A DNA stretch of 64,000 nt. It comes from Mobula birostris. Its lineage: Eukaryota. Position numbers and translations under genes: made by a program. Below, piece after piece: positions 48,620 through 61,493 of the stretch; position 1 is the stretch's first letter; every line of letters begins with the position of its first letter. The DNA lies in assembly GCF_030028105.1 (NCBI RefSeq), contig NC_092383.1, positions 87,067,921 through 87,131,920 on the forward strand. The letters run 5' to 3'. Under the pieces are notes generated by a model. It was not told the DNA's origin. It was given only the letters and a program-made list of their open reading frames with translations, and did not search any database.

Positions 48620-51400
48620 GGAGTTCCATTGTTTTAGACCCTTCAGATCAGGAGGGATTAAAGGAGGAGGTGTGGCATTACATGTGAAGGAAAATGCCAC
48701 AGCAGTCCTAAGGAAGTCCAAATGTGAGATGATGCAGTATTTAATCTGCTGTTAGGGAATGATTCAGGGCAGTGGATAACAATAGATGTAGGGGAATACT
48801 TTGTATCTAGTGATGACAATGCCATTGGTTTCAAAGTAAATATACAAAGAAATAGGTCTGGTATGCAGATTGAGTTTCTGAATCCGAGAAAGGCCATTTT
48901 TGTTGGTATCATAAATCATCTGGCAAGTGTGGATTGGGGCAGAGTGTTTTCTGGGAAAGGCGACTTGGTAAGTGGAGGCCTTCAAAGGTGAAATTCTGAG
49001 AGTACAAAGATTGTATGTGACTGTCAGATTAAAAGGTATAGATAACAGGCCTAGAGAAACTTGGTTTTCAAGAGATATTGAAGCCGTGGTTAAGGAAAAA
49101 AAGGCTGTGCTTAGTAGGTAGAGGCAGGTAGGAAAGATAAGAAATGAAAGTGAGTACTTAAGAAAGAAATCAGAAGGGCCAAATAAAGGCACAAGGTTAC
49201 CTTAGCTGACAAGATGAAGGAGAAGCCTAAGGTATTCTGCAGATACTGTTACATACCTCGAGATCCTGTGATTAATTTTTTTTGTGAGAATGATATAATG
49301 GTCTTGATATAATGGTCTTCACCTGATGTAATTATCCCACCGATGTGAGGTCACGTGATGACATGTGCACCACGGGTATATAAGGGAAGACCTCAGATGA
49401 CGCAGTTAGTTTTTTAGTTTTTAGTTTTCCAGCTGGAATGTTAATGTGTCTCCGTTTCTGTTGCATATTTGTTTTTATGACGCAGTTTCATTTTTAAAAC
49501 GGAGTGTAACGTTCTGTTGCAAGGTACAATAGTGCTGGACTGGAAATTTTTGCTAGATGTGTTGATGTACCTTATTTCAGCAGTAGCACGGGAGAGTGAA
49601 GACTTTATGGAAGTACAGGACCCGAAGGATTGAGAGAAGTCTGTATCGTTCAGCAGTTTAACAAAGGATCGTCTTTGTTGAAGAAGTAGTGACCTGCATC
49701 GAAGATAACTGTTGCCAAAAGAGCAAAGAGTTCATGCAATGTGCTCTCTAGAATTTAAGGTCAGTTGTTTTAAACTGTTTATTTCCTGCATCATGAATCC
49801 TTTGGACAGAACCAACAGGAAAGTCGCGTCTATGAAGAAATCCTTCTCCAGAGAAGTCTCTCCCAATTGAACGTATAAATCTGTTGGACTTTCGAATTTA
49901 CCATTTTAAGAACTATATCTGACTTTACCGCTTTAAGAACTTTTTTCGCATTTAATGCTTTAAGAACCAGTGCCGAGTGACGATTTGTTGAACGGCTGCA
50001 TAGCGGTTAACTTCCGGTTAAGGTTTATGTTTGTTTTTTTTATTGTTTATCCATGTTTAATAAATGTTTGGTTGTTTTTATATAACCTGTTTCAATTGAT
50101 ATTCATTGTTGCTGGTTACGTAACGATATGATAAGAACAAAACGATTGCAAGGGACAAAATCAGTTCTCTGGATGATCAGAATGGTACCCCATGCATGGA
50201 GCCAGATGAAATGGGGAGGGATCTCAGATGCATTTTTTGCCTCAGTATTTACTCAGGAGACAGGCGCAGAGCTTATAGCAGTCACACAAATTGGCATCAA
50301 TGTCATTGACTCTGTACAGATTACAAAGGAGGAGGTGGTTGCTGTCTTGAAGTAAATTAGGGTGGACAGATCCCCAGGGTCTGAGAAAGTGTTCCCTCAG
50401 ACCCTGCCAGAAGCAAGTGCAGAAATTGCTGGGTCTCTTGCAGAGATAATTAAGTCATCCTTATCAACAGGTGAGGTCCCAGAGGATTGAGGATAGCCAA
50501 TGTTGTTAGGATATTTTAAAAAATGCTCTAAAAGTAATCCAAGAAATTATAGGTCAATGATCCTGACATCAATAGTGGGAAAGTAATTAGAAGATATGCC
50601 AAAGAGCTGGATGCGTATCTGGATAGACATGGACTGATTAGATTTAGTCAGCATGGCCTTGTGCATGGTAGGTCGTGTCTAACCAATCTTATCAAATTTT
50701 GCTAGGAAGTTACCAGGAAAATGGATGAAGGCAAGGCAGTCGATGTTGCTACATGGACTTTAGCAAAGCATTTGACAAGGTCCCACATGGGAAGTTCATC
50801 AAGAAGATTCATTCCATCAGCATTCAAGATGAGGTAGTAAATTGTGTCAGTCCTTGGCTTTGGGGGAGAAGCCAGGGAGTGGCAGTAGATGGTTGCATCT
50901 CTGACTGAAGGTCCGTGACTATTGGAATGGCATAGTATCAGTGCTGGGTGGTTGATGTTCGTCATTTATGTCAAAAATCTGGATGACAGTGTGGTTCACT
51001 GGATCAGCAAATTTGCAGATGACACCAAGATTGGGGGGGTAGTGGATACCTAGGAAGACTATCATGGCTTGTAGCAGGTTGTGAACCAGCTGGATAAATA
51101 GGTTGAAAAATGGAAGATGGAATTTAATGCAGAAAAGCATAAGGTGATACATTTCATTGGGACCAACCAGAGTAGGTCTTACACAGTGAACGGTAGAGCA
51201 CTGAGGAGTGCGGTAGAACAAAATGATCTGAGAGTAAAGGTCTATAATTCATTGAAAATGCCATCACAGTTTGATAGGGTCATAATAAAACTTTCGGCAC
51301 ATTGGCTGTTATAAGTTTAAAAAAATCAAAATATTGACTACAGTAGATGGGATGTTATGTTGAAGTTGTATAAGAAATTGGTAAGGCCTAATTTGGAGTA
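48620..51400 (+). mobile_element. Degenerate CR1 LINE interrupted by a solo LTR
   Basis: CR1 ORF2-like sequence resumes across the LTR insertion. Confidence 0.75.
49247..50125 (+). mobile_element. Solo LTR (Gypsy-like), approximate 4-bp TSD ATAC/ATAT
   Basis: TGTTACA...GTTACGTAAC; TATA-like gtatataa at about 49377 and AATAAA at about 50059. Confidence 0.7.
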
Positions 51401-51826
51401 TTGTGTGCTCGTGATGATAAGATTGTGCTCAGCACATTTGGTGAATAGTTGTCCATTTGATATTATTCAGTACCTGGCATTACTTTCCATTGGTCAGTGT
51501 CCTCAAGACCTTTGTACAGTGACAGCAATTGTGCTGAAAGTGAATAACATTGCAGTATTTCTCTGAGTAATAATATTCCTGAATACAAAAGGAAAAATAT
51601 GTATCTATCTGAAATGAATTCCGCAAATGATAGAAATACTCAACAGGTCAGCCAGTACAAGGAGAATAACAAAGCTAATAATTTGGGTCAACATTTTTCA
51701 ATAAAATCATTCCATTGGGATGTCTTGATCTGGAGATTATTTGATTCCCTCTCCAAAAAAGTTCCAGCTATTGACACCTTAAAGAGAATCTAGGGCCCTG
51801 AACTCACGAATAAACTAATATTCTAA

Positions 51827-52292
51827 ACTGGAATTGATTCTAACCAACATCTCTGAAGAAGATGGCAGATTTTGTCAACGAAGCGTTGGTTATAATCAAT
51901 ACGTGTGCCCGCTTGAAGCCCGAGAAAAGTTTATTTGTCATATACACCAGGAAAACAGTAGATCCTTTTTCATGTTAAAATCTGTTCAGTTAGATTCAAA
52001 TTACTATCTTCGCTGACCAATGGATGAATTTTTCATTGAAAACTGAACTTTATGAAGAAGAACTTTCATTAATATGTTTATAATTGTTTATTGAAATAAC
52101 CAACAGCGAAGATAGTAATTTGAATCTAACTGAACAGATTTTAACATGAAAAAGGATCTACTGTTTTCCTGGTGTATATGACAAATAAACTTTTCTCGGG
52201 CTTCAAGCGGGCACACGTATTGATTATAACCAACGCTTCGTTGACAAAATCTGCCATCTTCTTCAGAGACGTTGGTTAGAATCAGTTCCAGT
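51827..52292. repeat. Near-perfect inverted repeat: 189-bp arms (51827-52015, 52104-52292) and an 88-bp spacer
   Basis: The arms differ at 2 positions by eye; the ORF track shows the same peptide on opposite strands (51834 +, 52088 -). Confidence 0.93.
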
Positions 52293-52586
52293 AGCTGAAT
52301 GGGAGCCCGAAAAGAGATGACAACATGGTAAAAGAATTTTGAGCAGTTCATGATCATAAAAGGGTTAAAAATTGATGCTGGGTTTATGCGAGATAACAAG
52401 AGAAGATGTCATAATATTAAGATCAGTGTGGGTGAAGGGTTGCAAGTGGATTTCTATTAAACAAAGCCAGTATCTTGAAGCATGACAAGATTATTTTGTT
52501 TGATATCAATTTCATTAAGTCAATGTTTTAATGACAAGATATTAATTCTGTATGAAAGTTCTACAAAGAGTGATGAACAATGACAC

Positions 52587-52682
52587 TTAATCTTGGTGCA
52601 AAGCTCCCCCAAGGTTGGTGTAATCTGGGATCATTTTCCTTTTCTCATGGACCAAACTGTGAGGATCTGATTGATCACGTCT
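52587..52682 (-). CDS. Gene 3 candidate last exon: RRDQSDPHSLVHEKRKMIPDYTNLGGALHQD*
   Basis: Strong acceptor cacttttgcctttacag|; phase 0 matches the TM exon; single YxxL motif; ATTAAA about 55 nt after the stop (52528-52533). Confidence 0.65.
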   Translation of the reverse strand, partial: RRDQSDPHSLVHEKRKMIPDYTNLGGALHQD

Positions 52683-53366
52683 CTGTAAAGGCAAAAGTGA
52701 AATTATCAGATTGATTGACACAGGGAACTTTGCAATACTGTATGATTCTATACACCTGTGACGTTGAACTCTATGCACTGATGTATACACACGCTTGTGC
52801 ATTGGGCAATAAAGTGGACGTTGACTTTGATTTACATTTCACGCAGGTATCTCGCAACAGAGTTCTGTCTGACACACTGTGTCCAATATATTTTCTTGTT
52901 GAGCACTTGAATTCATTCTACGCATGGAGGAAGTGTGAAAACCTACTTACAGTATATCATCTTCATGCAACTATGGTTGGACAAAAGGTTAAAAGTTCAT
53001 TTGTGATTTTTTTTTCCTTTAAGTAGCCAGCATATTGGAATGAATTTGGAGTGAAGGAGGATGGCAAGTACTTTACCTTGATAGAAGTGCACAAGATAAG
53101 AGACATTGATCGTGTGGATAGTCAGAGGCTTTTTCCCAAGGCTGAAATAGCTAACATGAGAGGGCACAGTTTTAAGCTGCTTGGATGCAGGTACAGAGAT
53201 GATGTCAGGGTTACGTTTTTTATGCAGAAAGTGGTGAATGCATGGAATGGGCTGCAGGCAACAGTGGTGGAGGCGGATACGGTAGGGTCTTTTAAGAGAC
53301 TTTTGGATAGGTTCATGGAGCTTAGGAAAATAGAGGGATATAGGTAACCCTACGTAATTTCTAAAG

Positions 53367-56300
53367 TTTCAGTCGAAGCAAGCAGCTGAGAAGGAGTGAA
53401 GAAATCGGGTAGAAAAAGTCATTTTTTTTTAAACAATGCTCGGGGAGAAGGGTCTGCACTGCGCAGGCACGTGACGTGGCGTGCCAAGGTTTAAAAAGCA
53501 GACCACCATATACAGTGGCCATCATTGGAGTGGACTGAGTCAGAGTGGGACGGCTTTGGCTCAAACAGGCTTCGGCGAGAACAGACAGAGGCCGGGGTAG
53601 GTTCTGGTAAGTTTTTTGTACAGATTGTTTAGTGCAGTGAGAATGCCAGGCAGGATGTTGGAATGCTCCTCTTGCAGGATGTGGGAAGTCAGGGAGCCCT
53701 CCAGTGTCCCTGACAACGACACCTGCAAGAAGTGCGTCCAGCTGCAGCTCCTGACAAACCGTGTTAGGGAACTGGAGCAGGAGCTGGATGACCTGCGGAT
53801 CATTCGGGAGAATGTAGAGATTATAGATCGTAGCTACAGGGAGGTAGTTACGTCAAAGGAGCAGAGGACAGGAAATTGGGTCACTGTCAGGCGAGGGAAG
53901 AGGAAAGGGCAGGCAGAGCAGGGTTCCCCTGTGGCCATTCCCCTCAACAACAAGTATACCACATTGAATACTGTTGGGGGGGATGACTTACCCGGGACTA
54001 GCTGCAGTAGCCGGATCTCTGGCACTGAGTCTGGCTCTGCAGTGCAGAAGGGAGGGAGGAAAAAGAGGAGAGCGGTAGTGATAGGGGACTCGATAGTTAG
54101 AGGTGCAGATAGAAGGTTCTGTGGTTGTGACAGAGAATCCAGGATGGTTTGTTGCCTCCCAGGTGCCAGGGTCAAGGATGTCTCTGATCGATTGCATGAC
54201 ATTCTGAAGTGGGAGGGTGACCAGCCAGATGTCGTGGTGCACATCGGTACCAATGACATAGCAAGGAAGAGTGAGGAGGTCCTGGAGAGTGAGTATAGAG
54301 AGCTTGGTAGGAAGTTGAAAAGCAGGACCTCAAGGGTGGTAATCTCAGGATTGCTACCTGTGCTAGGTGCCAGTGAGGGTAGGAATAGGATGCTCTGGAG
54401 GAGGAACAAGTGGCTGAGGAACTGGTGTAGGGGGCAGGGTTTCAGATTTCAGGATCATTGGGACCTCTTCTGGGGCAGGTGGGACCTGTGCAAGAGAGAC
54501 GGGTTACACTTGAACCACAGGGGGACCAATATCCTTTCAGGGAGGTTTGTTAGTGCTATTGGGGAGGCTTTAAACTAGATTTGCAGGGGGATGGGATCAG
54601 AGTGCCAGAGCTGACAGTGTGGCTGGGGTGAAAATAAATGATATTGAAAGTTTAAGCAAATCCGCTGATAGAAAGGTTGTGAGTGGTGGTAAAAATCTTC
54701 TGAGGTGTATATATTTCAATGCTAGGAGTATTGCGCGGCACGGATGAGTTGAGGGCATGGATTGGCACGTGGAATTATGATGTTGTAGCAATTAGTGAAA
54801 CTTGGCTACAGGAGGGGCAGGACTGGCAGCTTAATATTCCAGGGTTCCGATGTTTCAGATCTGATCAAGGCAGAGGAATGAAAGGTGGGGGAAGTAGTAT
54901 TGCTTGTTAGGGAAAATATTACAGCAGTGCTCAGGCAGGACAGATTAGAGGGCTTGTCTACGGAGTCCTTATGGGTGGAGCTGAGAAACAGGAAAGGTAT
55001 GGCCACATTAGTGGGATTGTATTACAGACCACCCAATAGTCAACGAGACTTGGAAGAGCAAATCTGCAGAGAGATAGCAGGCAACTGCAGGAAACATAAA
55101 GTTGTGGTGGTAGGGGATTTTAATTTTCCATACATTGATTGGGACTCCCATACTGTTAGGGGTCTAGATGGTTTAGAGTTTGTAAAATATGTTCAGGAAA
55201 GTTTTCTAAATCAGTATATAGAGGGACCAACTAGAGGGGATGCAATATTGGATCTCCTGTTAGGAAACGAATTAGGGCAAGTGACAGAAGTCTGTGTAGG
55301 GGAGCACCTTGGTTCCAGTGATCATAACACCATTAGTTTCAATTTGATCATGGACAAGGATAGACCTGGTCCTAGGGTTGAGGTTCTGAACTGGAAGAAG
55401 GCCAAATTTGAAGAAATGAGAAAGGATCTAAAAAGCGTGGATTGGGACAGGTTGTTCTCTGGCAAAGATGTGATTGGTAGGTGGGAAGCCTTCAAAGGGG
55501 AAATTCTGAGAGTGCAGAGTTTGTATGTTCCTGTCAGGATTAAAGGCAAATTGAATAGGAATAAGGAACCTTGGTTCTCAAGGGATATTGCAACTCTGAT
55601 AAAGAAGAAGAGGGAGTTGTATGAAATGTATAGGAAACAGGGGGTAAATCAGGTGCTTGAGGAGTATAAGAAGTGCAAGAAAATACTAAGAAAGAAATCA
55701 GGAGGGCAAAAAGAAGACATGAGGTTGCCTTGGCAGTCAAAGTGAAGGATAATCCAAAGAGCTTTTACGAGTATATTAAGAGCAGAAGGATTGTAAGGGT
55801 TAAAATTGGTCCTCTTGAAGATCCAAGTGGTCGGCTTTGTGCGGAACCAAAGGAAATGGGGGAGATCTTAAATAGGTTTTTTGCGTCTGTATTTACTAAG
55901 GAAGCTGGCATGAAATCTATGGAGTTTAGGGAATCAAGTAGTGAGACCATGGAAACTGTACAGATTGAAAAGGAGGAGGTGCTTGCTGTCTTGAGGAAAA
56001 TTAAAGTGGATAAATCCTCGGGACCTGACAGAGTGTTCCCTCGGACCTTGAAGGAGACTAGTGTTGAAATTGCGGGGGCCCTGGCAGAAGTATTTAAAAT
56101 GTCGCTGTCTACGGGTGAAGTGCCGGAGGATTGGAGAGTGGCTCATGTTGTTCTGTTGTTTAAAAAAGGATCGAAAAGTAATCCGGTAAATTATAGGCCG
56201 GTGAGTTTAACGTCAGTAGTAGGTAAGTTATTGGAGGGAGTACTAAGAGACAGAATCTACAAGCATTTGGATAGACAGGGGCTTATTAGGGAGAGTCAAC

Positions 56301-57580
56301 ATGGCTTTGTGCGTGGTAGGTCATGTTTGACCAATCTGTTGGAGTTTTTCGAGGAGGTTACCAGGAAAGTGGATGAAGGGAAGGCAGTGGATATTGTCTA
56401 CATGGACTTCAGTAAGGCCTTTGACAAGGTCTCGCATGGGAGGTTAGTTAGGAAAATTCAGTCGCTAGGTATACATGGAGAGGTGGTAAATTGGATTAGA
56501 CATTGGCTCGATGGAAGAAGCCAGAGAGTGGTGGTAGAGATTGCTTCTCTGAGTGGAGGCCTGTGACTAGTGGTGTGCCACAGGGATCAGTGCTGGGTCC
56601 ATTGTTATTTGTCATCTATATCAATGATCTGGATGATAATGTGGTAAATTGGATCAGCAAGTTTGCTGATGATACAAAGATTGGAGGTGTAGTAGACAGT
56701 GAGGAAGGTTTTCAGAGCCTGCAGAGGGACTTGCACCAGCTGGAAAAATGGGCTGAAAAATGGCAGATGGAGTTTAATACTGACAAGTGTGAGGTATTGC
56801 ACGTTAGAAGGACAAACCAACGTAGAACATACAGGGTTAATGGTAAGGCACTGAGGAGTGCAGTGGAACAGAGGGATCTGGGAATACAGATACAAAATTC
56901 CCTAAAAGTGTTGTCACAGGTAGATAGGGTCGTAAAGAGAGCTTTTGGTACATTGGCCCTTATTAATCAAAGTATTAAGTATAAGAGCTGGAATGTTATG
57001 ATGAGGTTGTATAAGGCATTGGTGAGGCCGAATCTGGAGTATTGTGTTCAGTTTTGGTCACCAAATTACAGGAAGGATATAAATAAGGTTGAAAGAGTGC
57101 AGAGAAGGTTTACAAGGATGTTGCCGGGACTTGAGAAACTCAGTTACAGAGAAAGGTTGAATAGGTTAGGACTTTATTCCCTGGAGCGTAGAAGAATGAG
57201 GGGAGATTTGATAGAGGTATATAAAATTATGATGGGTATAGATAGAGTGAATGCAAGCAGGCTTTTTCCACTGAGGCAAGGGGAGAAAAAAACCAGAGGA
57301 CATGGGTTAAGGGTGAGGGGGGAAAAGTTTAAAGGGAACATCAGGGGGGCTTCTTCACACAGAGAGTGGTGGGAGTATGGAATGAGCTGCCAGATGAGGT
57401 GGTAAATGCGGGTTCTTTTTTAACATTTAAGAATAAATTGGACAGATACATGGATGGGAGGTGTATGGAGGGATATGGTCCGTGTGCAGGTCAGTGGGAC
57501 TAGGCAGAAAATGGTTCGGCACAGCCAAGAAGGGCCAAAGGGCCTGTTTCTGTGCTGTAGTTTCTATGGTTTCTATGGTT
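53367..57580 (+). mobile_element. Near full-length CR1 LINE (ORF1 + frameshifted APE/RT ORF2) nested in an older CR1 3' end
   Basis: ORF1 as listed separately; ORF2 pieces GDFNFP, SDHN, YRPVSLTSV, FADDTK; (TTTCTATGG)n tail. The older CR1 3' UTR is split at 53366/57580. Confidence 0.93.
53616..54578 (+). CDS. CR1 ORF1: Cys motif + coiled coil + SGNH esterase-like domain (likely start at M11, MPGRMLEC)
   Basis: CSSCRMW...CKKC; VIGDSIVR; VHIGTNDI; DGLHLN; uninterrupted 320-codon frame. Confidence 0.88.
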   Translation: MYRLFSAVRMPGRMLECSSCRMWEVREPSSVPDNDTCKKCVQLQLLTNRVRELEQELDDLRIIRENVEIIDRSYREVVTSKEQRTGNWVTVRRGKRKGQAEQGSPVAIPLNNKYTTLNTVGGDDLPGTSCSSRISGTESGSAVQKGGRKKRRAVVIGDSIVRGADRRFCGCDRESRMVCCLPGARVKDVSDRLHDILKWEGDQPDVVVHIGTNDIARKSEEVLESEYRELGRKLKSRTSRVVISGLLPVLGASEGRNRMLWRRNKWLRNWCRGQGFRFQDHWDLFWGRWDLCKRDGLHLNHRGTNILSGRFVSAIGEALN

Positions 57581-57944
57581 AAGAACATGTTCGGCACAGC
57601 ATTGTGGTCCGAAGGGCCTGTATTGTGCTGTAGTTTTTCTATGTCTGAGACATTTTTGAAGGGCAGAAATGTCTAATATGAAGGGTCATAATTTAAGGTG
57701 GTTGGAGAAATGGATCGAGGGAATGTCAGAGGTAAGTTTTATTTACACAGAGAGCTGTGGGTGCATGCTACCTACTACAGGGGTGGTGGTGGAAGCAGAT
57801 ACATTCTCGGCATTTAAGATTGATCTTGGAGTAGGTTAAGACGTCTGCACAATATCATGGGCCAAGGCATGTACGGTGCTGTACATTTGGATGTTTGATG
57901 TTCTGATTCATGGAAGCCATTCGGAAGCATCTACTGACCGAGGC

Positions 57945-58610
57945 TACACACACAAAATGCTGGAAGAACTCAGCAGGTTAGGCAGCATCTATGGGAAAGA
58001 GTACAGTCGAAGGTTCAGGCCGAGACCCTTCACCAAGACTGGAGAAGAAAAGATGAGGAGTAAAATTAAAAGTTTGGGGAAGGGAGGGAGAAACACCAGG
58101 TGATATGTGAAAAAGGGTGGGAAGTTGATTGGTGAAAGAGATACAGTGCTGGAGATTCCCCATTCTCCAGACCTGAATCTTTCACTAATCAACCTCCCAG
58201 CTCTTTCCTTCACCTCTCCTTTTCCAGTTTCTCCTATCACCTTGTGTTCCCCAAACAAGAGAGTATCTGCAGATGCTGGAAATCCCAGCAACACACATAA
58301 AATGCTGGAGGAGAACAGCAGGCCAGGACTTTGAAGGGTCTCGGCCTGAAACGTCACTGTACTCTTTTCCATTGATGTGGCCTGCTCTGCTGAGTTCCTC
58401 CGACATTGTGTGTGTGTGCTTCCTTGTGTTTCTCCCCCCCCTTCCCCCCACCCTTTAACTCTACTCCTCGTGTATTTTTCTCCTTTCCTGCTGACGGTCT
58501 CAGCCTGAAGTTTTGAATGTACTCACTTCCATAGATGCTGTCTGGCCTGCTGAGTTCCTCCAGCAGTTTGTGTGTGTTGCTTGGATTTCCAGTACCTGCA
58601 GATTTTCTTT
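57945..58610. mobile_element. Cluster of Penelope-type terminal-repeat fragments in alternating orientation
   Basis: Multiple caaaatgctggaggaactcagcagg units and their reverse complements; related copies at 7185, 39340, 40490, 41150 and 61610. Confidence 0.6.
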
Positions 58611-58634
58611 TGTTTGTTACTGACCTGGACTTAC

Positions 58635-58725
58635 CTTTTTGTCTCTCATGAACCATGTGACAGCGATAGTGCAGATCCCCAGCAGAGCAAAGAACAGCCA
58701 GCGTCCCACTTTCCATATCATGTAA
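58635..58725 (-). CDS. Gene 3 TM exon, activating type: YMIWKVGRWLFFALLGICTIAVTWFMRDKK
   Basis: Acceptor cccctttgttcag|, donor AAAG|GTAAGT; 91 nt, phase 2->0; Lys/Arg at the N-terminal edge of the hydrophobic segment. Confidence 0.85.
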
Positions 58726-58794
58726 CTGAACAAAGGGGCAGAGATACAGAATCAGTGGGAGGAGAGGAGACAGCTTTGTATTTGAAATATTTAC

Positions 58795-58806
58795 CTCCTG
58801 GTTCCT
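58795..58806 (-). CDS. Candidate 12-nt microexon (x)GTR(S) upstream of the gene 3 TM
   Basis: gatttcacag|AGGAACCAGGAG|gtaaat; phase 2->2, frame-preserving; 69-nt downstream intron. Confidence 0.35.
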
Positions 58807-61493
58807 CTGTGAAATCAGTGAAGTCGAGCAATAAAAGCAGCAAGGCCAGGGAAGTTCAGCTGGGAGATTAATCTCATGCTGGACTGAGGGAGGGAAGATG
58901 ACCTATGATCATCATTTGGAGACACAATTGCTGAAACACGACTGCAGATACTGTATGTCGTGACAGCGGATAATGGAGATAGATTTAGAAATGGCAGGGA
59001 AGAAAATAATGAGTTTCTGTAATGACGAGTCTGGGGATAATGTAATGTCACTGACATTGTCAGTCGTGGTTAGCACAATGATTTACAACAGTCAGCTGTA
59101 ACATTGGGTTCAATTCCTGCCTGTCTGTAAGGAGTTTGTACATTCTCCCAGTGACTGCATGGGATTCATCCGGGGGCTCCAATTTCCTCCCACATTCCAA
59201 AGACATCTGGGTTCGGGTGTTGTGGGCATGCGATGTTTGCACTGGAAGCATGGCAACACTTGTGGGATGCCCAGCACAATCTTTGCTGGTTTAATTTGAA
59301 AATTATGCATTTGTCAGGAAATATAGATGAGCTTTGACCAAAATCGAGCAACAGAGATAATTTAGCAGTAAACATAAATAAACACAACAGGAAACAAGGT
59401 AAATTCTAAGCATGGAGAGAGAAGGCCAGCTGGTTTGATGAGTGAACAAGGTTTGTGGATGAGAACTGGGATTAAATAGGCTGCAGGTAATGAGTCCAGA
59501 TTGAGCGGCAGGTGAATTCTAGTAGTCAGATGGAGATTGGGAGGTTGCTGCATGTGCAGGCCTGAGAGCATTTCAGTGTATGTCTCGATGTAAATGTGAG
59601 AGATATAATCAATATTGCAGAAAGAGGACACAGCTCTTCGGAAGTTTGACTATGAAACCGTACGGACAGATACTCTGTGAAAACCGATAAATGATCCATA
59701 ACTAATTGAAGAAGGAAGTTGCGGATGAAATACACCAACAAATAAGGACAATTTAAAAGAACATCCAGAAAAATAATCGGGAAGTTGATCTCAAAAATCT
59801 CAGTATCTCTTGGGCACCACAGCAATGTAGCAGTTAGTGCGACACTATTACAGCTCGGGGCGTCAGAGATCAATTTTATTGTTTTCTGGAAGGAGTCCAG
59901 ATGTCCTCCTCATGGAATGTGTGGGTTTTCTCTTGGTGCTCCAGTCTCCTCTCAGAGTCCAAAAATGTATTGTTAGTTGGTTAGTTGCCCGTTGTAAATC
60001 ATTCTGTGATTAAATTCGGGGTTGCTAGGCAGAGTGGTTTGAAGGGCCAGAAGGGCCTATTCCATGTTGTACCTCAGTCAATAGAATAAATTAAAAAATA
60101 TAGTGGTAGGTGTGGTGATGGAGAAATCAAAAGCAACAATGCACAAGGGGCTAACTTGAAACACAACGGTTAAAGAGGCCATGAACGGAATTTGCAAATT
60201 TGAGCATTTAGAGCAATTTAGAGCAAGGATTCCAACCTTTTTTATGCCTTGGACGAATACCATTAAGCACTGGGGTTCATGGACCCCTGGTTGGAACCCC
60301 GGATTTAGCGGGTAAATCAACCAAAACATGTAGAAGTGAGATGAGATGAGCAAAGTGCACTTTATGATGATAATAGAGAAGGAAACAAATAAGAAGAAAA
60401 CAAAATACGTAAGGAAAAGCAGATAGAACGTAGAACAGTACGGCAAAGTTCAGGCTCTTCAGCCCACCATGTAGTGCTGGCTCTTTAACCTATTCCAGTA
60501 TTAATCTAACTCTTCCCTCCCACACAGCTGTTCATATTCCTTTCCTTGTGTGCCTATCTTAAATCTCCCAACCTTACCTGTCACTACCAGTACCCCAGAA
60601 TCACGTTCCAAGCACTTGCCACTCTCTGTGTAAAAGACCTTCCTCTGATAACCCAACTGTACTTTTGCCCAGATTGAACAGTATGTCCTCTCATATTAAA
60701 GTTCAAAATATACTTATTATCGAAGTATATATATGTCACCATATACAGCACTGAGATTCATTTTTGTGGGCATATTCAATAAATCTGTAGAGTAATAATC
60801 AACACAACAAAGTGCTGGAGGAACTCAGTATCTGCAGATTTTCTTGTTTGAGAATAATAACCATTACAGAATCAATACAAGACCGCCAAACTTACGTCTT
60901 GATCCAGAGTGTAGGAGACAGCAAACTGTGCAAGTACAAAAAGAAAGAAGTAATAAAAATTAAATAAGCAATAAATATTGAGAGGATGAGATGAAAAGTT
61001 CTTGAAAATGGGAACATTGGTTGTGGGGAAAAAGCCAAGGAAAAATGATGCTGACTATTCAATCTACTTATGTCTCCCATCATCTTGTACACCTCTATCA
61101 ATTCTCCTCTTAAACTCCTGCTGTTCAAAGAGAAAATCCCTAGCTCACTCAACCTATCCTCATAAAACATGTTGTCTGTATCAGGCAGCATTCTGGTAAA
61201 TCTCTTCTAAAGCTTCTATATCCTTCCAATGAGCTGACCAGAACTGAACACCATATTCCAACTGTTATGCCTAAACTATTAAATGTTTAGGGTAAGAAGA
61301 TTATCTTTGATCTCAGGCTTGATGCATGTACAAGAAAATCAGGAATACTCAGTTTCCAATACATGATTTCATTGAAGTTAATCATGTCAAACGTGTTTAA
61401 CACCAGTTAAAGAGAAATGAATTTCTCTCCCGACTAGCTCTATTTGTAAGCGGTAGCAGTGAAACACTCTGCAGAGAAAACCTTATACTTTAC

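Noticed and set aside
51480-51578. Strong acceptor plus EYYYSEKYCNV...GK* as an alternative gene 3 last exon
   Set aside because: No homology or conservation support, and it lies distal to a better candidate last exon.
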